Notes under the pieces: model-generated | Database searches by the model: none | What the model saw: only the letters and a program-made list of their open reading frames with translations | What the model was told of the DNA's origin: nothing | Shown here: piece by piece, positions 59,499-64,000 of the stretch | How the letters are laid out: each line of letters begins with the position of its first letter | Position numbering within the stretch: position 1 is the first letter of the stretch | Position numbers and translations under genes: made by a program | Assembly: GCA_036382515.1 (NCBI GenBank) | Contig: DASVHQ010000009.1 | Span: 28,260-92,259, forward strand | Direction: 5' to 3' | Length of the DNA stretch: 64,000 nt | From: Polyangiales bacterium | Lineage (GTDB): Bacteria > Myxococcota_A > Polyangia > Polyangiales > JAFGIB01

Positions 59499-60437
59499 TC
59501 AGCTGGTGTGGATGCCGCGCGCGATCTCGATCCGACCGGCTCGGCAGCGGCCGAGCGCGATCAACGCGCCCCGTTCGTCGAGCACCGCCACAGGATCGCA
59601 GCCCTCGGCAGGCAAGACTTCGCCGCGAATGCGTGCAGGCGAGAGTGCGCGGCCCTGCCGTACATCCGTCACGCCCTGCTCGTCCACCTGAACGCTCGGT
59701 CGTCCGCGAAGCGCAGCTGACGGCGGCAAAAGGCGCACGAGCAACGTGGCGCGCGCCGCCTCATCCCCGCGCCGCGCCTGCTCGACCAGCTCGAAGCCGA
59801 CCGCGTCGTGCAATTCGAAACCACCACTTTGCGTGCGCCGCAGCGCCGTGAGGTGTCCCAGCGTGCCGAGCGCTTTGGCCAGGTCGCGCGCCAGTGCACG
59901 CACGTAGAAGCCCTTGCCCGAACGCACGCGCAGATCGATCTCGCACGCCCGCAGCTCGAGAATCTCGAGCGCATCCACGCGCACGTTGCGCTCCGGCGCT
60001 TCCACCTGCTCACCGCGCCGCGCACGGGCATAGAGCGCGACGCCTTGTTGCTTGATCGCCGACACGACCGGCGCGCGCTGCACGAACTCGCCCACGAAGG
60101 CTCGCGCCGCACGTTCGACGGTATCGCGCAAGAGGTCAGCCGGCAACGGCGCGCTCGCCACGACTCGACCATCGGCATCCAGGCTGTCAGTCTGCTCGCC
60201 CAATCGAACGGTCGCGAGGTAGGTCTTGTCGTCTGCGCTGAGGTGGTGCAAGAGCTTTGTGCCTTCGCCGACGCCGAGCACCAGGATGCCGGTCGCCATC
60301 GGATCCAGCGTGCCCGCGTGACCCACCGCGCGCGTATGCAGCGCACGGCGCACGCACTGCACGACGTCGTGCGAACTGATGCCACGCGGCTTGTCGACCA
60401 CCAGGACGCCGCTCGGCTTGGCTTCGACCACGCTCAC
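59499..60437 (-). CDS. truB: tRNA pseudouridine(55) synthase
   Basis: VLVVDKPRGISSHDVV and catalytic GHAGTLDPMATGILVLGVGEGTK. Confidence 0.9.
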   Translation of the reverse strand: MSVVEAKPSGVLVVDKPRGISSHDVVQCVRRALHTRAVGHAGTLDPMATGILVLGVGEGTKLLHHLSADDKTYLATVRLGEQTDSLDADGRVVASAPLPADLLRDTVERAARAFVGEFVQRAPVVSAIKQQGVALYARARRGEQVEAPERNVRVDALEILELRACEIDLRVRSGKGFYVRALARDLAKALGTLGHLTALRRTQSGGFELHDAVGFELVEQARRGDEAARATLLVRLLPPSAALRGRPSVQVDEQGVTDVRQGRALSPARIRGEVLPAEGCDPVAVLDERGALIALGRCRAGRIEIARGIHTS

Positions 60438-60438
60438 G

Positions 60439-61440
60439 CTAGCGCTCTAAGCCGAGCTCGCGTCCGGCCTCGAGGAGGACGCGCTCACGCGCCGCTCGCA
60501 AGTCGAGGCTCACGGTGGCACCCGCTGCAGCGCGATGGCCACCACCACCGAGCGCCACGGCCACGCGCGACACATCGGCGCGCCCGGCGCTGCGCAGCGA
60601 CAGGCGCGTGAGCAGCGACCCCATCATCGTCTCGTCGGCGCGCGCACGGCGCTCCCAAAGCATGATCGAGATGTCGACGCCCTTGAGCATGCGACCGTAT
60701 TCGACCAGCCCTTCGGCAGCGATGTCGGTCGCCCCAGCCGCCTCGATCATGCTCATCGGAACCGTGAGCAGCGCCACGCGTCCCGCGTACTCGGTTTCGA
60801 TCGCGTTGATGGCCAGGCCCAGAAGGCGCATGCGCGCCATCGACCAACTCTCGAACACGGCCGACGCGACGGTCCACGGATCGGCCCCTGCGTCGACCAG
60901 GTTGGCCCCCGTGCGCAGCGTCTCTGCCGTGGTACCCGGGTAGCGAAAGCCGCCAGTGTCGGCCACCAGCGCAGTGTAGAGCGGCGCCGCGGCGGCTTGC
61001 GGCAACGGGCTCACGCCGAGCGCCGACGCCAGGCTCAGCACCACGATGGCGGTGGCGCACGCCTTGGGGTCGCGAACCACGATGTCGCCGAAGTCATCGT
61101 GGGCGACGTGATGGTCGACGATCACGACGGGCCCGGTGATGGCGCGCGGTGGAAATTGCCGGGGCAAGAGCTTGCGCGCGGCCGTGTCGGTGATGAAGGT
61201 ACCATCGAAGGTCATGCCCGCGGGCACCGACGAGCGCACGGCCTCGACACCGGGCAGGAACAGCAACTGCTCCGGCACGGGGTCGCGGTTGTAGAGATAG
61301 ACTTCTTTGCCCAGCGCGCGCAGCACCTCCGCCAGGCCCAGCATGGAGCCCACGGCATCGGCGTCGGGCAGCACGTGGCAGGTGAGCAGGAAACGCTGGC
61401 CTTCCCTCACTAGCTTCACCGCATTTGCCAGACTACTCAT
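60439..61440 (-). CDS. nrnA: DHH-family oligoribonuclease/pAp phosphatase (NrnA-like)
   Basis: CHVLPDADAVGS (DHH motif I-II), VIVDHHV (DHH motif), DHHA1-like GGGHRAAAG. Confidence 0.8.
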   Translation of the reverse strand: MSSLANAVKLVREGQRFLLTCHVLPDADAVGSMLGLAEVLRALGKEVYLYNRDPVPEQLLFLPGVEAVRSSVPAGMTFDGTFITDTAARKLLPRQFPPRAITGPVVIVDHHVAHDDFGDIVVRDPKACATAIVVLSLASALGVSPLPQAAAAPLYTALVADTGGFRYPGTTAETLRTGANLVDAGADPWTVASAVFESWSMARMRLLGLAINAIETEYAGRVALLTVPMSMIEAAGATDIAAEGLVEYGRMLKGVDISIMLWERRARADETMMGSLLTRLSLRSAGRADVSRVAVALGGGGHRAAAGATVSLDLRAARERVLLEAGRELGLER

Positions 61441-61823
61441 GATTCCCCCTCGTGTTCGCGCCGGATCTCCTCCAGCACCGCTTCCACCCGCGCGGCGCGA
61501 TCGAGTCCCTCGTCCCAGAAGAACTTCAGATCCGGCATGTACTTCAACCGCAGCCGTGGCCCAAGCTCGCGCCGCAGGTGCCCCCCGGCCCTCTCCAGTG
61601 CGCGAAGCGTAGTGCTGCGCTGCTTGTCATCCACTTCAGGTCTCGTCAAGCGGACGTACACCCGGGCGTGCTGCAGGTCGTCGGTGAGGGCCACGCGCGT
61701 GACGTAGACGTCGGCCACGGCCGGGTCACGGACCTCGCCGCGCAGGAACATCTCCATCAACTCGGCCTTGAGACGTTCGGCGACGCGTTGGCTGCGAGCT
61801 GATTTGTTCGGTGGATTGGGCAT
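61437..61823 (-). CDS. rbfA: ribosome-binding factor A
   Basis: Trimmed to MPNPPNKSARSQRVAERLKAELMEMF...VTRVALTDDLQHARVYV. ATGA overlap with nrnA. Confidence 0.85.
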   Translation of the reverse strand: MPNPPNKSARSQRVAERLKAELMEMFLRGEVRDPAVADVYVTRVALTDDLQHARVYVRLTRPEVDDKQRSTTLRALERAGGHLRRELGPRLRLKYMPDLKFFWDEGLDRAARVEAVLEEIRREHEGES

Positions 61824-61824
61824 C

Positions 61825-62178
61825 CTAACTCTCCTCGCCGTCGTCGCTCGGCAACGAGCCACCTTGGAAGGGCAGCGCTGCAGCTTCCCCCTCGACATGC
61901 AAGATTTCCAGACTGCGGTCGGTCACCACGGCCTCGGTCAAGCCCGCCATGAAGCTGGTGATGTGATCGAGCATCGAGTTGGCGTGGCTGCTGTCGTTGC
62001 TCACCACGGCCACGCCGATCACGGCGCGACGGTGGGTGTCGAGCTCGTCGACCTCCGCCACCGCCGCGTTGAAGCGCGACCTGGTGCGGTCGATGATGCG
62101 GCGCACCACGCTACGCTTGCCCTTGAGCGAATCGTTGCCCGGCAGCGAGAACGTGATGCGGCACACGCCTACGACCAT
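61825..62178 (-). CDS. DUF503 (YlxP-like) protein
   Basis: MVVGVCRITFSLPGNDSLKGKRSVVRRI... typical DUF503 start. Conserved position between infB and rbfA. Confidence 0.75.
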   Translation of the reverse strand: MVVGVCRITFSLPGNDSLKGKRSVVRRIIDRTRSRFNAAVAEVDELDTHRRAVIGVAVVSNDSSHANSMLDHITSFMAGLTEAVVTDRSLEILHVEGEAAALPFQGGSLPSDDGEES

Positions 62179-62212
62179 TTCTGTCCGTTCGTCCGGCCTG
62201 TAGCAGCCGCAC

Positions 62213-64000
62213 TCAGAGCTGGGCCGTCATCTCTTGCATCTCGAAGCATTCGATGATGTCCAGCTCCTTGATGTCGGCGTACTCGAGGCCGATGCCGCAT
62301 TCGAGGCCATTGTTGACCTCTTTCACGTCTTCCTTGATGCGACGCAGCGAGCGGATCGTGCCTTCCCAGACCTGCTCGGAACCGCGCAACAAGCGACCCT
62401 TGGCGCCGCGCACCAACTTGCCGTCGGTGACGAACGAACCCGCGATGACGCCCTTGGGCAGCGTGAAGACCGCGCGCACTTCCGCGCGACCGAGCGGGCT
62501 CTCTTTGTAGACCGGCTTGAGCAGCCCGATCATGGCCTTCTTCACGTCATCCACGACCTCGTAGATGATGCTGTAGGTGCGGATCTCGACCTTTTCGGAC
62601 TTCGCGATCTTGGTCGCGCCGCCACTGGGCCGCACGTGGAAGCCAATCACGATGCCGCGCGACGCCGAGGCGAGCATGACATCGCTCTCGCTGATGCCAC
62701 CGGCACCGGAGTGCACGACCACGACCTTGACCTTGTCGGTCGAGAGCTCGCTGAGCGCCTTGACCAGCGCTTCAGCCGAGCCCTGTACGTCGGCTTTGAC
62801 CACGAGCTTGAGCTCCTGGACCTCGCCTTCCTGCATCTTCTGGTAGATGGCGTCGAGGCCAACCTTGGTGCCGATCGAGACGGTCGACTTGCCGCTGACC
62901 TTGCGACGACGCTCGGCGATCTGCTGAGCGACCTTCACGTCGGTGACGATGTTGAAGTGGTCGCCGGCTTCGGGCACCTCGGACAAGCCGAGCACCTCGA
63001 CCGGGGTCGATGCACCGACCTTGACCACGGGCTTGCCGCTGTCGTCTGTCATCGCGCGGATCTTGCCGAAGGCCGAGCCCGCCACGACGAAGTTGCCCGT
63101 GCTGAGCGTGCCGTCCTGGACCAAGAAATTCGCGACCGGACCACGACCCTTGTCGAGGTAGGCTTCGAGCACGACGCCCTCGGCGGGGACGCTCGGGTTG
63201 GTCTTGAGCTCCAACACTTCGGCCTGCAACAAAACGCTGTCGAGCAGCTCGTCGATACCGATGCCGGTCTGCGCCGACACCTTCGCGAAGATCGTCTGAC
63301 CTCCCCACTCCTCGGACTGCAAGCCCTCGGAAGCCAGGTCGCGCATGATCACGTCGGGACGCGCATCGGGCTTGTCCATCTTGTTGATGGCCACGATGAT
63401 GGGAACGTTCGCCGCCTTCGCGTGGGCGATGGCTTCCTTGGTCTGCGGCATGACGCCGTCGTCGGCCGCGACCACCAGGATCACGAGGTCGGTTGCGTTC
63501 GCACCGCGCGAGCGCATCGCCGTGAACGCGGCGTGGCCCGGCGTGTCGATGAACACGATCGTGCCCTTCTTGGTCTCGACGTGGTACGCGCCGATGTGCT
63601 GCGTGATGCCGCCGGACTCCTGCGACGCCACGTTGGTACGCCGGATGCGGTCGAGCAGCGAGGTCTTGCCGTGGTCCACGTGACCCATGACTGTCACGAC
63701 CGGCGGGCGGCTCTCGCGTGAGGCTGCGTCGTCGGTGTATTCACCGCGCGCCTCCGTGATGAGGTCGTCCTCTGTCACGGCGACGTTCTCGACTTCGAAG
63801 CCGAATTCCGCGGCCAGGATGTTCGCCGTGTCGGCGTCGAGGGTGGAGTTGATCATCACGCCGGTGGTGCCGAGTTCCATCAGCTTGGCGAGCACGTCGG
63901 TCGCCTTGAGCGACATGCGCGCCGCGAGGACCTGCAAGCCAATCTCGTCCTCGATGCGAATGACGCGCTTGGCTGCGCTTGGCGTGGTGATCTCGGTCTT
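62213..64000 (-). CDS. infB: translation initiation factor IF-2 (C-terminal ~590 aa; the 5' end lies beyond the window)
   Basis: G-domain [23 protein letters not shown]. The open frame continues to the window edge. Confidence 0.9.
   Translation of the reverse strand, partial: KTEITTPSAAKRVIRIEDEIGLQVLAARMSLKATDVLAKLMELGTTGVMINSTLDADTANILAAEFGFEVENVAVTEDDLITEARGEYTDDAASRESRPPVVTVMGHVDHGKTSLLDRIRRTNVASQESGGITQHIGAYHVETKKGTIVFIDTPGHAAFTAMRSRGANATDLVILVVAADDGVMPQTKEAIAHAKAANVPIIVAINKMDKPDARPDVIMRDLASEGLQSEEWGGQTIFAKVSAQTGIGIDELLDSVLLQAEVLELKTNPSVPAEGVVLEAYLDKGRGPVANFLVQDGTLSTGNFVVAGSAFGKIRAMTDDSGKPVVKVGASTPVEVLGLSEVPEAGDHFNIVTDVKVAQQIAERRRKVSGKSTVSIGTKVGLDAIYQKMQEGEVQELKLVVKADVQGSAEALVKALSELSTDKVKVVVVHSGAGGISESDVMLASASRGIVIGFHVRPSGGATKIAKSEKVEIRTYSIIYEVVDDVKKAMIGLLKPVYKESPLGRAEVRAVFTLPKGVIAGSFVTDGKLVRGAKGRLLRGSEQVWEGTIRSLRRIKEDVKEVNNGLECGIGLEYADIKELDIIECFEMQEMTAQL

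Overview
GC-rich chromosomal segment with Myxococcota hallmarks: a MYXO-CTERM-type tail, several Cys-rich lipoproteins, a FrzS-like pseudo-receiver coiled-coil protein, and two ECF sigma / zinc-finger anti-sigma pairs. All calls come from reading the ORF translations and the DNA by eye. No BLAST, HMM or folding was run, so family names are motif-level recollections. Housekeeping content: a complete lexA-imuA-imuB-dnaE2 SOS mutagenesis cassette, acnA, tatA, tRNA-Cys(GCA), and the truB-nrnA-rbfA-DUF503-infB end of the nusA/infB operon (infB runs off the window). There are also metabolic genes (MDR oxidoreductase, aldehyde dehydrogenase, carboxylesterase, FATP-like acyl-CoA synthetase, rpiB, TetR regulator) and envelope-modification genes (MBOAT + SGNH pair, a second SGNH paralog, sulfatase-HEAT fusion, HAD/methyltransferase/sulfotransferase operon). 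Most interesting regions: (1) A tightly packed four-gene minus-strand operon at 2260-6309: a signal-peptide caspase-like (C14) protease with a C-terminal beta-barrel-like domain, a Cys-rich lipoprotein, an ECF sigma and a ZAS anti-sigma. It sits between a truncated acyl-CoA dehydrogenase, an IS91-like transposase scrap and a truncated HerA/DUF87-like ATPase. (2) A roughly 7 kb integrase-bearing, P4/PICI-like element at about 47.9-54.9 kb. It carries an ATGA-coupled gene chain (AlpA-like Xis, Zn-ribbon, SF3-type replication protein interrupted by an in-frame TAA), iteron-like inverted repeats and a Doc toxin-antitoxin cargo. (3) A perfect 20-bp palindrome in the lexA promoter that differs from SOS boxes I know. 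(4) An unusually high density of gene relics: at least eight in 64 kb. No CRISPR array or rRNA was seen.
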